From Ruditapes philippinarum (taxonomy: Eukaryota): a stretch of 64,000 bases of DNA. Shown here piece after piece: positions 51,020-64,000 of this stretch. A program made the position numbers and the translations under genes. Numbering within the stretch: the first letter of the stretch is position 1; every line of letters begins with the position of its first letter. Where the stretch lies: assembly GCF_026571515.1 (NCBI RefSeq), contig NW_026854319.1, forward strand, positions 62,001 to 126,000, written 5' to 3'. The notes below the pieces were generated by a model that worked only from the letters and a program-made list of their open reading frames with translations, was not told where the DNA came from and searched no databases.

Positions 51020-51085
51020 GCTTAAGGCGGAGTTACACATGCGAGGGGCGTGTCATTCTGTTATAATGTAGCCAATGGGAATTTC
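51020..51085 (-). promoter_or_regulatory. Candidate engrailed proximal promoter
   Basis: GC-box-like gaggggcg (51043-51050) and CCAAT (51072-51076), 170-200 bp upstream of the ATG. Confidence 0.35.
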
Positions 51086-52683
51086 GATATACTCAATTAA
51101 CTTCTCCGCCTCTTCATCAACTGATAGATCTAAAACATGATAACATGCTCGACCTAAATTGATATCATTACCTTATTTTTAATGTTCATGAAATGTGTGT
51201 AATTAACTGATTGAATTTTAGAATTTAATTTATAGGCAATTTCTAATTAAATACGTATTTTACGTAATTATTAAAGTTGCTACACTGAGCTGTATGTATT
51301 TATGTCGGAGTGTCCATTCGATTCCACGAGTAATCTTAGAACATTCGTTCTTGCATGTACCAACAATTAGCAAATTTTATACAGTATGTTTGTTTGTTGT
51401 TGTTTTTCTTCAACAACAACAAAATATTGTTCTGAGTCACGTTTCTTCATTAAAAATATGTTTTCTTGATTTATAAACTTTGATAGTTTTTTTTTATTAT
51501 TTCACATGTAAAATACATGTGCAGCAAAATTATTTAGGCTTGTAAGCATTTTCTATATAAGATCGTTGTTTGATTGTATTATATCCAACATCTTTTCCAA
51601 GAAATTTGTCATCATCGACATCATAAACATGCATATGATTATATTCATTGATATTAACGCTCATTTAATTATTATTATTTTACTTCACAGTAAATGAAAT
51701 ATTAAAAACAATGTGTTTTACATGGTAAATTCTCTCTAGAAACATAAATTATATATTGTTGCGTTTTTGTTTCTTTGTTGTTGTTTTTGTTTTGTTTTTG
51801 AAAACTTTTCCGGTTATGTTGTTGTTGTTGTTTCTTTGTTTTTGTTTTTTACAAGTCCTTTTCCAGGGGAACAGTCTAAATTATTTACGACCCCCTCCTT
51901 GTGTTTTGAACTGTCATCTATATCTATATTCGGATGACCTTGGTTTTTTCCGTGTGTGTACCGAACAATCGTCACAATCTTTTACAGAAATTAGCATAAA
52001 ACCTGATTAAGATCTTTATGTATAAAATATACTTCTTGATAAACTTTGATAAAAACTTTCATATTAATGATAATGTTGGAAACCGTGTCATTACTGTACG
52101 ACTTTAGGCTAAAGTCTCACCAAACTGACAGATCAATTTGACATTTCCTTATATACAAATTGACTTTCCCACAATTAAAGTAAAAAGGTCTATATTTGGA
52201 GTGAAGTGGCCATAAACAATTTCAGACTTTTATTTGAAAGTTTAATTTGCCAAGTATGAAAATATGACCGCGAAATTTGCAATAACAATTTGTTCGAAAT
52301 AAAGTAAGTCAATAAAGAAGTGACCCTTGCAAATTGTAAATGTTGCTTTTTTATATATGTGTGTATATTAATTGATACATTAACGGCAATTTTGTACAGT
52401 AAAACTTTATTATACATTTTATACGATTTATTGATATATATGTACACACTGTACATGTAATTATCTTGACGTATAGTTGTTACAATATCTTCAACAACCT
52501 GTACGTTCAACTGTTTAGGAATGTTTGCAAATGTATTAGGAAAATAATTTTACTATGAACAAAAGTAAATGTTTAAGATGATAAAATTGCATAATATAAG
52601 AATAATTAGTTTAAATCACTTAAATCCGACGACGGTAACGATTACTGGTAGAAAATAATGAATAATAATTGAATAACTGATAT

Positions 52684-52918
52684 GAGCCGCGTCATGACAA
52701 AACCAACATAATGGGTTTGCGACCAGCATGGATCCAGACCAGCCTGCGCATACGGACAGTCTGATCAGGATACATGCTGTTCGCTATTAGTTTCTCTACT
52801 TGTAATAGGGTTGGTAAGCGAACATCATGGATCCTGATCAGACTGCGCGGAAGCGCAGGCTGGTCTGGATCCATGCTGGTCGCAAACGCACTATGTTGGT
52901 TTTGTCGTGACAGGGCTC
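52684..52918. mobile_element. Palindromic MITE, Sola-like (GAG..CTC ends)
   Basis: ~100-bp TIRs, 4-bp TSD ATAT. Confidence 0.88.
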
Positions 52919-55012
52919 ATATAATTATTCTTAGCATTGCAATAAATTCAGAATATTAAAATAAATAAAAACTGTCTGTATTAATTTTAGTTAGTGGTCA
53001 ATTATATTCATAAGAAAATTATTTGCGAAAAAATAATAAACTGTGTTGTCTTTAGGCAGACAGTAAGAACTTAAAGAAGCAAAACATGTGCTGTAACTTA
53101 ATATTTACATTTTCTTGGCTCGTATATTTTCTTTGTCATGGGTTTTTACATATAATATCATCATGTTTGCTATTGTTTTTCTGTACTATTGCGCATATGT
53201 TAAAGTGTATCAAGCTACATACCTGCTGCAATTTTTTATTTAAATTTTGAAAAAAGTATATTGTCCCAAAATATGTGAAAGAAATATGTATTTATATTTC
53301 CTTACGAGCGAATGGTGCATGCACATAACAGTTTCTAAACGGTTAAACCCTACTCAAAAATAACTGCATTTTATTCTATTTATAAACATTTTTCATGAGT
53401 GTTAAATAACAAAAACATTCTTTGTTACAACTCGAGAATTGACCATAAGTTTATGAAAACAACATAATTTCGCTGTATAAAAATCTTTAAGAAAATCATA
53501 AGATATAGCTTTATACCATTCTACAAAAAGCCCTGTTTTAATTTCGACATTAAAAAAAATCATCGTTTTCATTATTTCATTAAAAAACAAGATAAAACAA
53601 AATTAGATTAAACCATGAAATATAAAATTAAGAAAAATGAAAAAATATTGCTAGCTGGACAAGATAGATCGATATTTTCCAATTACAAATTATTAAAATA
53701 AACAAAATAAACTGTCATATCAAACAAATTGTAAAAAAGAAGAAAGATTTGATTTCTGATCAATTTTTTTATTGGACACTTGTCATAATAAAGATAACAT
53801 CAGTTACTACAAATCGCTTTATTTCTTCCCTAAAATCAAAAATTAAGATTTTTATCAGACCGAATGATGACCGTATGACCCCTGCAGCGTTCTGTTTATA
53901 CCTGACTTTATCAAGTATATTTCACGGTTAAATATAATCATATATTTATTTATTGTCATCTTTATCAATGTGTTTATCTTTTTTATGTTTTTAAATGACC
54001 CCCTTTCTTTTTATAATGTAGTTAAGAATAGGCCGAGAGGAGTTTCAGAAAATCAAATTGTTTGGTCATGATTAAATTAAATCATAAATCGGTTAATTTT
54101 CATGCAAACGTTTTCATCTAAGAAGTTTATTTAAAATGCAGTGAAATCGTACTATATAGAAGAATATTCAAGTTTTTTTTTTTGTATAAATACAGGAATT
54201 ATTTTCACAGAGTAGTATGAAAATAAATATATCACGAGTGACGATAGCCACAAATGAAATATGATAATTTTCATACCATATAAGATTAATCCCGTTTATG
54301 TAAAGAAAAAAAACTTGAATATTTTGTTTATTATATACTTTTACTCTTTTATAATCTAATGCTTCGAAAGATTTTCCCTTTAACTTTTTGTATTTCCTGA
54401 ATTAAGAAAGAAAGTAGTCCGGCAAGACACCAGTGAAAATATGGAATATGTGTCAATGCAGTGAAAAATAAATTTTTACAGTGAAAATACCGAGTGTGAA
54501 TATATGCATGTTATTTCATCAATATTTGTATAATATTTCATTTATAAGTATGTAATAAAGAGTTTCATTTCAAATGATATTCCATCATTCTTTAACAGCT
54601 TACAAGCAATATTTTATCGAATAAATGTAAGAAGGTCGACGAAGAACTAGTGAACAAATTGTATGCACACGCATATTTTCTTTGGAGCATTTATTAAGAG
54701 GGAAATAAGAAACCGAATCAGATGTAATGCGTCATACATTAAATAAATAAATGGTTTTATATTGAATATGAACAAGGACAAAAAATATTGGAATTATTTA
54801 ATTTGCATAAAAACGTAATTTTCAGATTAGTAAAATTTTATTCATCTATCATTTGTAAAGAAAAGAAAAAGATATTCGTAACTATCAAGTTTTAGTCAGA
54901 ACTTATCTTTTGTAAAATTAAATTTTCATACTCATTCTGTGTTATATCGTGTGCAAACAGATTCTGTACTGTCAGGAGCTCAATTTTTGTGTTAAAATCG
55001 CTTAAACTTTAA

Positions 55013-55377
55013 AGACCCATTATGCCTTAGAAATGCTTTTATTTATAAAAAGCATTTTAATTTTGGAGTACTTTTATAAAATACAAAAAGTTACTCATTG
55101 GCCCATTACCTAAACAATCTTTTTGATCTGTTGCTTTTTTGCAATAAAAACAGTTAAAATAATAAGTTTTAAATAAGTTTTATTCTGCATGGAAGGCAAA
55201 ATACTACTTTCTTTACATGTTGCAACTTTATGACAAATTATTTTACATTCATCGCTTCTTCCTTCAAGTAACAAGCATCAAACATTTCTCAAAAACTATT
55301 ATTTAAACATTATAAAATTCATGTTTGTCCTTTCTAAAGAAGTAAGAATGTATTTGTTTCTAAGACAGAATGTGCCT
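55013..55377. mobile_element. TTAA-flanked MITE (Kolobok-like family 1); a truncated copy starts at 56228
   Basis: ttaa|agacccattatgccttagaaa...tttctaagacagaatgtgcct|ttaa. Confidence 0.65.
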
Positions 55378-55753
55378 TTAAACATTATTCCAAATTCTAA
55401 GCAGGGCAAATCCATCACACAAATTCAATAGAATATGGGACATAATTTGCTTATACTCATAATGTACTGTGAATCCGTATTTATGCAAAAATAAAACATC
55501 TCTAAGGCAGGTCTTTAAAAGTAACATAAATGAAATAAAAGTTCTGTCATTCGCTCCGGTTGGCGACGTCTCCAAACGCCGGTGAAAGCCAACAGGACAT
55601 GTTGTCTATGAACAATTTTAATGCGTTCACATTTGCTTTTCATCTATTATTCAAAACGTTTTACATCATGATAAAGATTTTGTCAGAATTGAAAATACAA
55701 ACGATGTTTAATTTGGTACAAAAAACCTTGCCATTTTATTACGCATCTGTTGA

Positions 55754-56160
55754 GTCATCTTGTCTAACGTGTAAAATTAACAATTTACTCTGGACATTTT
55801 CATGGTTTTCTAATTGCTTACGGTATTTTATTTTCTTTACAGTAAAACTCTGCTACATCGAACTTGTAAAGACCATGGTACCAAATAGTCATCTTGTCTA
55901 ACGTTTAAAATTAATAACAATTCACCCTGGACATTTTCAGGGTTTTCTAATTGCTTTCGGTATTACATTTTCTATACAGTAAAACTCACTACATCGAACT
56001 TGTCGGGACCATGGTACCAAATAGTCATTTTGTCTAACGTTTGAAATTAATAACAATTCACCCTGGACATTTTCATGGTTTTCTAATTGCTTACGGTATT
56101 ACATTTTCTGTACAGGAAAACTCTGCTACATCGAACATGTCGGGACCATGGTACCAAATA
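55754..56160. repeat. ~135-bp tandem triplication
   Basis: Three copies of gtcatcttgtctaacgt...gaccatggtaccaaata. Confidence 0.9.
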
Positions 56161-59100
56161 ATGATGACCACGGTATATACTGTTTTCTGCTTAATTTTTA
56201 GACAACTCTATACTCTTAATTCCTTAAAGGCCCATTATGCACAAGAAATGCTTTTTATTTCTATTTCTTAAAAAGCTTTTTATTTTTGGTGTACTTTTAT
56301 TGTTTCAGAAAAACAACTTTCTCTTTTGTTGCTTTTTTAGCAATTTGTACAATTACAGTGATTTAGTAATTTTATATGGAAGTCAAAATACTACCATGTT
56401 TACATCTTGCTACTTTTATGTGAAATTATTTCACATTTAGCGCTACTTTCTTTAGGTAACAACGACATTTTTTGTTGTATACAAAGGCCAAAAAAAAAGC
56501 GGTAAAGCATTTAAATATACCTGCTAATTTTTTTTTGTTATCGATTTGCCCAGCTTCGAATTAGGGGAATACAAAAATTTAAAACCAACAATACAGAGGC
56601 TGGACATATCGGAAGGATATGCAGGTTGGTTTGGCAATATAATGGCGGCAAAGGATACATCAGGTTGATTGCATTTTGCCGTCATTATTATAATTAAAAA
56701 CTAAAAACCTAAGGGCTTTTATTTGTTCATCATCAAAATGCAGGAAATGCAATGTTTGAAAGTACAAATACATTTGCCAACGCCATAACAGTGTGGGTTT
56801 TCCAAACAGTTTATTGCCAATAATGAGCAGCTTTAGATACGACCGAGTTCGATTGAATCTATATCAGCAAAACAAATAACGCTCCCACCACAACTCTCAT
56901 CTTGCATTGACTTTTTTATCCTTAATGTATCGATGGACCATCTTATTTCAAAATCTAATCTTACAAACAGTTAATGTGGAGTGATATGTGGCGGCCGTAA
57001 ACAGTCACGCCCGTAGTTCATCAAGAGTAGTGTTGCTACATTTCCGACGTCTTTCAGTGACATTGATTCTAGTTCAAAAAGATAGAACCACACTTTCAAT
57101 ACTGCTGAGGTTTGTTTCCTTGTTTCTGCAATTTTGCAAGTGGTTGCACGGATGTTGCATTTACCTTAAGAGGTCCTTATTTTCTTGATTCTTAAAAAAA
57201 CGTCTTCACACCAAGATATTCTCTGTGTATTTTTCATATAGGTTTCAAGTGATGATATAGCGTTTTCATAATTGCATTATCATGTTAATACCACTTAAAT
57301 TGTGCTGGCGATAAAATTAATTTAATTTACATTTACATGTGAATCGGGCATTGCTGCGCTTAACTTCGAAGCTCGGGTTTCCTTCGTTTTTCAACCGGTG
57401 TCGAGTTACAAAATATCCACGATAAAATCTTCAAGTCTCGGCGGGTAAAGCCATATAAGTCACGGGATTTTATTATACCATCATGATGTGTGCTGGTTTT
57501 CAAAGCTTTCAATCCGGATAACTCAATTAAAAACAGGATTTGTATCTTATTCTAATTACAATATTATGTAAATCAAGTTTATATTATTTATAGACTGTCA
57601 GATATATCTTAATTAAATAATTCGGTCCGCAAGACTGGTATTCATTTTTTCCTCCAGACTTCATATATTGTAGGACAAAAACATCGGGTATCAGACTATG
57701 AATCATCTCGTGGTTGTAACAAAAGCAAGTTTGTTGTAGGAATTTATTTGTATATCCTCTCTGGCCAAACTTAAAGATGCTTGTCTGTTATTTACATAGA
57801 TTTCCAATGAATATAATCAATAGATTGAAATATCTCAACCTTTATAGTAGATGACTGAAAACTACTTTATATATTCATTGTCACTCACGATGAATAATTG
57901 ATAAAAAAGAGATACTAGTAACATTCCGTCTGTTGTTCATGTCCCCAGATAAAACAATAGGGGTAAATAACATCGAGCTTGGTCGACCAGATAAAGTCCG
58001 GCAGCTGAAGTATTGACATTTGTCATCAACAAGTGCGCGAGACGTCATGAAAATCTGGAAAAAGGGGATCCCTCGGAAGCATTAATCACAACAAAATTAC
58101 ATGAACTTTTCTTTTCTTTTGTTCTCTTGTTCCGTACAGTGCATGGGTAAACTTTAAACACTAATTTACGAAATAAACTTGTATTTTAGAAACAAACATA
58201 CAGGTCTATATTACATACACATGTTTCTAGTCTAGCAATGACGTCGCCTTTTACGACAAACGATACCATTCTCTTGAGAACATGCCCCACATTGTTCTTC
58301 TTGAGTGTGTAATATTTATATAAATTGCATGGCAATTTTACCACCTGATACAGGATAATAACTCTTTAAAATATGTTTGGGGTGTGGTGGTACAAATTTG
58401 TTTACACCAAAATTATCAAAGAAAAGAAGTCGCCGTAATGACAACAAGAAATATCTGTATATGCTAAATAGATGAAACTTGACCCACTTCTTCTGTTTTG
58501 TCGTGCCTTTGGTTGAATCGTAGAATATATTTTTCTATTTTTTTTTCAAAAATATTCTTTCGCTTAGCCATGCAGCATACGGTATATTTTGATGTTATAA
58601 ACAGTGATAAAGAAATATCAAATTAAGTGGCGTTGTATATAAATGACGGATGAAAGATGTAATATTAGACAACCTGTATAGGATCCGTACGTACCCGTTG
58701 TGCCGAGATGGGGTGATTTATTGACTTCATTAAAACGATTCTGTCTACAATTGAAGCGTCTTCTATAAGCAAATTATCTCACTGACGCTAATTACATCTC
58801 GAGTTTTGATATCTTCTCCTTGCCACCCTGTGAGAGACACCAACAGTGATGTCTACACAGTAACCGTCTCGTGTTCCGTCCTTTCACCAAATTTCTTTTT
58901 ACTTATATACCCTGAATTATTCATTAATACCGCTATATTATTTCGTGAATCCAGGGTCTTGGAGAAATAATACACTTTGTGTGAAATGTCATTCTTGCTT
59001 ATTATATGTCCATCGACTTTCTAAATATTCAATTATCGTTTCACAATGGTCACCAGTTTCAAAATTCAAGTTAATTCTGAAAGTGTCATAGCATTTCAAC

Positions 59101-60380
59101 CTGATCCATATTCAAAGTGTTTGGCCAATATAAAAAGAAGACTAATTTCGTTTTTTCAACACTTGTCCGTTTGTGTTTGTTTGATTAAATTTTCTCAAAT
59201 AAAATATACTTTCGGAGAAAAAAACAATCAACGGAGTTTGCGCCAAATGTCTTTAGTTTACTTAATGCAAGGGTCATGCACCTTTCTTGAACTCTATTTG
59301 CCGTACCAATCATATCGTCTGTATTATCGTCTGCGATGTATTCGTGTCCTAGTCGATGGTAATGTAATGCCAGTGCAGCACAACAATGCCGGGAATCATA
59401 ATTGGTCCTGCATCTTTCTTTTCAAATCTTGTCATCATATCTTCATACTTCTGTAACTGCTCAGCACATGTGCGAGGAACGTATATTTCATTGTATTTGG
59501 GAATAACAACCTACAATCGCCCCCCCCCCCCGTGCATTCTTGAATAAAGTTGTATTAAAACTGATTTGCGGTTTGACACATTTTCAGCAACCAAGTAAAC
59601 TTTTGTTTGCTGACTGTGACATTGTGTACCATCAAGCAAAATGCAAGGGAAACATGTTTTAAAATAATTAAGCACTCATTATCATAGGCTTTATAAATCA
59701 AAGTGACATTTGAAGATTTCTTCCAGAGGAAGCCATAAACAACGATGTTGTTAACATACCCGAGCAAAGTAAAACTATCTTTGCAAAGCCAGTGAACTTC
59801 ACGTTTGACTTTTGAGTCTGCGAAAACTTCGACAATTTCATTAAAAACGAATCAAATATATTAAATAAAAACAACTTAATAAAAGAAAACATGTAAATAA
59901 ACTCATGTAATTCGATAACAGGGAGCCTGTTATTTCAATATATTTTTTATTTTTTATTAATCTATATTTAATAGATAAGGCAAGCTTACTGATAGAACGA
60001 GGATATAAGGTTATTTGTTTGTCGTTTTAACTATCACTCCATAAAATATGACAACGTATTATGATGAACGGATGGCACGGGAGAAAATCTTAACGACTTT
60101 CTAGTATTTCACTGTCATCTATTTAATGTTGACATTTTACTTATTATCCGAATAATCGTCTGATCTTAACAGTTTATGTTGACAACTCAATACGTAGAAT
60201 AGTTCCTCATTTTCTTTCCACTTTTTAACTTCGGTATGGTGTTGAATTGCATTTAGAGCCGTGACCCATTATTTAAAAACTTTGACGTGTAAAATATGAG
60301 CCTTTCGCTTAGATTTGATAATAATATAATAATTTCGAACCTCATCGTAGCATAGTATATCTAAATAGTAATTTGAATTA

Positions 60381-60626
60381 AAGGCACTCCTCCACTGAGG
60401 TCCAAAGGCTTCACAACATAAAATTGAATTTGTTACATATGTCATCAGCTGGGGCTGTTAGAACAAAAGACATATGCAAAAGATGATAGAAATAAATTGG
60501 AAGTTATGTTTTTGTGCTATTTGGGTCATTTTTCACAATTAGAATAACTATTCTGAAAAAGAAAACACGATGTGAGCGAAAAAATAATTCCAGTCCCGTA
60601 ATGTCAAAACCCTCAATGGAGTCCCT
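60381..60626. mobile_element. TTAA-flanked MITE (Kolobok-like family 2), opposite orientation
   Basis: ctccactgagg...ctcaatggagtccct. Confidence 0.6.
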
Positions 60627-61231
60627 TAAAGGTTGCACTTTTGCATCAATGATGAATACGACTTTTTTCTTGTGAAGGTAAAGCAAACCTGTATTTTAAT
60701 TTTTTGATAATGAATTAGGTGTTTAGTTTTATAGCATGCATAGCATGTGTCCATGCATATAAACACTACAAGTACAAACGTGAAAAGGAACATGCACAAA
60801 TAGATTTGGTCACGTGTTATATCAACATCAGCAAACGGCCTGTTAAATAAGAAATCACATTAACAGAAAAGTAAACACATTGATAGAAAGGTAGATAGGA
60901 TTTAGAGTATGTTAGCTGCTTATCAAGTGAAGAAGCCAACATTGAATGTGAAATAATTTTTCAAGATACATGTAGTAACAAAACATTAAAAGCAACATGG
61001 TATCTTGTCTTCCGGTCAAAAAGCAAAACATTATACTGCTCTTTGACAAATAAGTACCGTTTCGGAGACCTTTACAGAAGACCAATAATAAAAAAAGCAC
61101 TTAAAATAAAGAAAATCAATACATTTTGGGTCTTAAAGATAACAGTTATATTGGCTGTCAAAAGCATTAATGTTTTAGGTATATTTTAAAGTTATATACC
61201 AAGCACAACAGCGGCACAACATAATTATTAT

Positions 61232-62335
61232 GTTCTGAAACCTATTGACCTACTAAAACATGTTGGCCTGTTTATACCTGTTGGCATGTTGAAACATGTT
61301 GAATTATTGAAACATGTTGGCCTGTTGAAACATGTTGGCCTGTTGAAACATGTTGGCCTGTTGAAACATGTTGGCCTGTTGAAACATGTTGAACTATTGA
61401 AACATGTTGGCCTGTTGAAACATATTGGCCTATTGAAACATGTTGGCCTGTTGAAACATGTTGAACTATTGAAACATGTTGGCCTGTTGAAACATGTTGA
61501 ACTATTGAAACATGTTGGCCTGTTGAAACATGTTGACCTATTGAAACATGTTGACCTATTGAAACATGTTGGCCTGTTGAAACATGTTGAACTATTGAAA
61601 CATGTTGGCCTGTTGAAACATGTTGAACTGTTGAAACATGTTGGCCTGTTGAAACATGTTGGCCTGTTGAAACATGTTGGCCTGTTTGAAACATGTTGGC
61701 CTGTTGAAACAAGTTGAACTGTTGAAACATGTTGAATTATTGAAACATGTTGGCCTGTTGAAACATGTTGAACTGTTGAAACATGTTGAATTATTGAAAC
61801 ATGTTGGCCTGTTGAAACATGTTGGCCTGTTGAAACATGTTGGCCTGTTGAAACATGTTGAACTGTTGAAACATGTTGGCCTGTTTAAACATGTTGGCAT
61901 GTTGAAACATGTTGAACTATTGAAACATGTTGGCCTGTTGAAACATGTTGACCTATTGAAACATGTTGGCCTGTTGAAACATGTTGGCCTATTGAAACAT
62001 GTTGGCCTGTTGAAACATGTTGATCTATTGAAACATGTTAGCCTGTTGAAACATGTTGAACTATTGAAACATGTTGGCCTGTTGAAACCTATTGACCTAC
62101 TAAAACATGTTGACCCATTGAAGCATGTTGGCCCTGTTGAAACTATTGGCATATTGATACATATTGACCTATTGAAACATGTTGACCTGTTGAAACCTAT
62201 TGGCCTATTGAAACATATTTGCCTGTTGGAACGTGTTGGCCTATTGAAACATGTTAACCTATAGAAATATGTTGGCATGTTGAATCATGTAAGCATGTTG
62301 GAACATGTTGGCCTGCTGAAACATGTTGGCATGGC
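61232..62335. repeat. 18-bp minisatellite (TGTTGAAACATGTTGGCC / TATTGAAACATGTTGAAC), about 60 units
   Basis: Direct periodicity, palindromic AACATGTT core, degenerate edges. Confidence 0.97.
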
Positions 62336-62489
62336 AACTCGATTATTCAGAAGCAGTTGTTGCATGAATACGTCATAAAATACTATTATGATTGTAACAA
62401 ATTGGGCAGTGTAAAGTTTTAATTCAAACATTTACAGGAAGCAACAGTGAACAGTGTGCCAGATAGTTTAAATATTTTATACATATTTG

Positions 62490-62668
62490 TTTTTAGTTCA
62501 ATTGTGTTGGAAGCTATAAGTTTATTGAAACACTCTAGAATCCGTTCCTGGAACCAACCAGTACTTAGCAATAAGTGTTAAGTTTCTTGCTCAATGAAAC
62601 AGCAGCTTGTCCCTGACGAGGTATGAATACTTAGATACTAGTCCGGTGCGTTGCCACTCCGTCATGCC
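62490..62668 (-). mobile_element. Degenerate CORE-type SINE (related fragment at about 11125-11210, +)
   Basis: ttgagcaagaaacttaac...tgctaagtactggttggttccaggaa motif after a decayed tRNA-like head. Confidence 0.55.
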
Positions 62669-64000
62669 AACACACAAATCATTTGAAGAGGATGGCAACC
62701 TTTTAGATAAAACATATGCATTTTGATGCATGAATTCATCTTAAAATACGCGAGGCCTTAAAAGTTTAGAAATGTTTTATACTTAATTTAGACATGGAAC
62801 GCTTACATTGTTATATGTTATATATCAAAGCAGACAGTTATGTCTCGTGTCACAGTCAGCGTAAATTAAAGTCAAATTAAAATGTTACAAAGGTCGTTCA
62901 ACAATTAACATTAACAAAACATAAAATTCTCGTCCCAGCGAGATCTCGTTTTGAAGGTGATTATGTTTGTAAAAGATTAGTCTTTGGACCCTTTTTTATG
63001 TTGTCTTTATTATAAAACTCTTTGGTAATTCAGCGATACAGTAAATTTAGACATGCTGTGATAAACGATGGTATTTCAGGCCTTCAAACCATGTTTGACA
63101 CACACGTAAACAATGTCCTTATTTATGAGAAAACGTTTGATTTAAGATTTGGAAAAAAAATACAAATACAATAAAATTTAGATTAACTTAAAATGGCATT
63201 TTCTTAACTTATTCAAACTTTATAGTGGGGTACATTTTTGGCTTTCCTTTTCGTTTGTGAGTACTACTGGAAAGCGCAGACGTCAACCTGAAAGGAACAG
63301 ACGACATTTGAACTGTTGCAGACGATATCTAAAATGTTACAATTAACAGAAGTACAGGAGCAGGGTGATTTTTGAAGTGGACTTTTTACGCAAAATCAAA
63401 TTAATACTATATATTTATACATCACCCGAACAATAATAAAATGGTTGCGTTGGTCTAACACTTATCAGGTGATCGGGCGCTTCAAATAGTTTCCAAATAC
63501 TTTTACTAGTTTGACGAATGTCCAATTATTATACTGTTTAGCAGTATAATGAACTCCTTACAGGCATGGTTATATTCTTATTATTACATTTAACTAGTTT
63601 TTCGTTAGTTTACATATCAACCAGATGATATCTTCTCTCTGGAAAAACGTTACACTAGATTTGTGTCACTCTATACTTTCCCATCTGTCAAAGTGGGCGC
63701 GTACGGTGTAATTAACTTGTAAACCCAATTTTCAATTTTCATGTCAACTAGGGCGTTTGCCTGTAATCATTTCTGATTCCTTTCCCACTTTTGTTTACAT
63801 TAGATTTCAAATTGAATAACTTTCTGGCAACTTCCGTAAAACCCGTTCTCTAGACAATAATGATATCATAAACATCTATCCCGGGCAAAACCGTATCATC
63901 TTTCGGAACGGCGCGTCTGGCTATTAGCAAATCCATTGGTTCATTAACTATGATGGTTGGAAATTCTATCATGACTTAACCATGTCTTAAATTAAAATCC

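Noticed and set aside
61272-62278. LLKHVG / STGQHV / CFNRPT repeat ORFs
   Set aside because: An 18-bp unit keeps frames open on both strands, and a 1-bp insertion near 61686 breaks the phase.
51100-64000. Second tandem engrailed paralog or another gene upstream
   Set aside because: No homeobox or convincing exons; the short ORFs have non-coding composition.

Overview
AT-rich animal genomic DNA with spliceosomal introns. The repeat families suggest a mollusc, probably a bivalve (inference). Three host genes are present. (1) Gene A is an Ig-Ig-Ig-FN3 cell-surface protein on the minus strand: signal exon 7597-7645, running off the left edge through a Pro/Thr stalk exon. (2) Gene B is its head-to-head paralog on the plus strand (12382-35355): Ig-Ig-Ig-FN3-TM plus a cytoplasmic tail, signal exon not located. 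(3) A two-exon engrailed gene lies on the minus strand (50876-47093, 294 aa). One intron of gene B has grown to 17.4 kb through insertions: an IS3EU-type DNA transposon sitting in the splice donor, a 98-bp palindromic IS3EU-type MITE, and a non-autonomous TIR element containing a recently inserted Ty3/gypsy LTR retrotransposon. The best candidate for an undescribed system is in that gypsy element: a non-env third ORF (C2HC zinc finger, basic patch, low-complexity middle, coiled coil) with its own TATA/Inr internal promoter and a downstream ~29-bp repeat array. The window also contains a minimal Penelope-type hammerhead ribozyme, tRNA-derived Pol III units, MITEs of several superfamilies, SINE remnants and minisatellites. 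All calls were made by eye; no database search was run.
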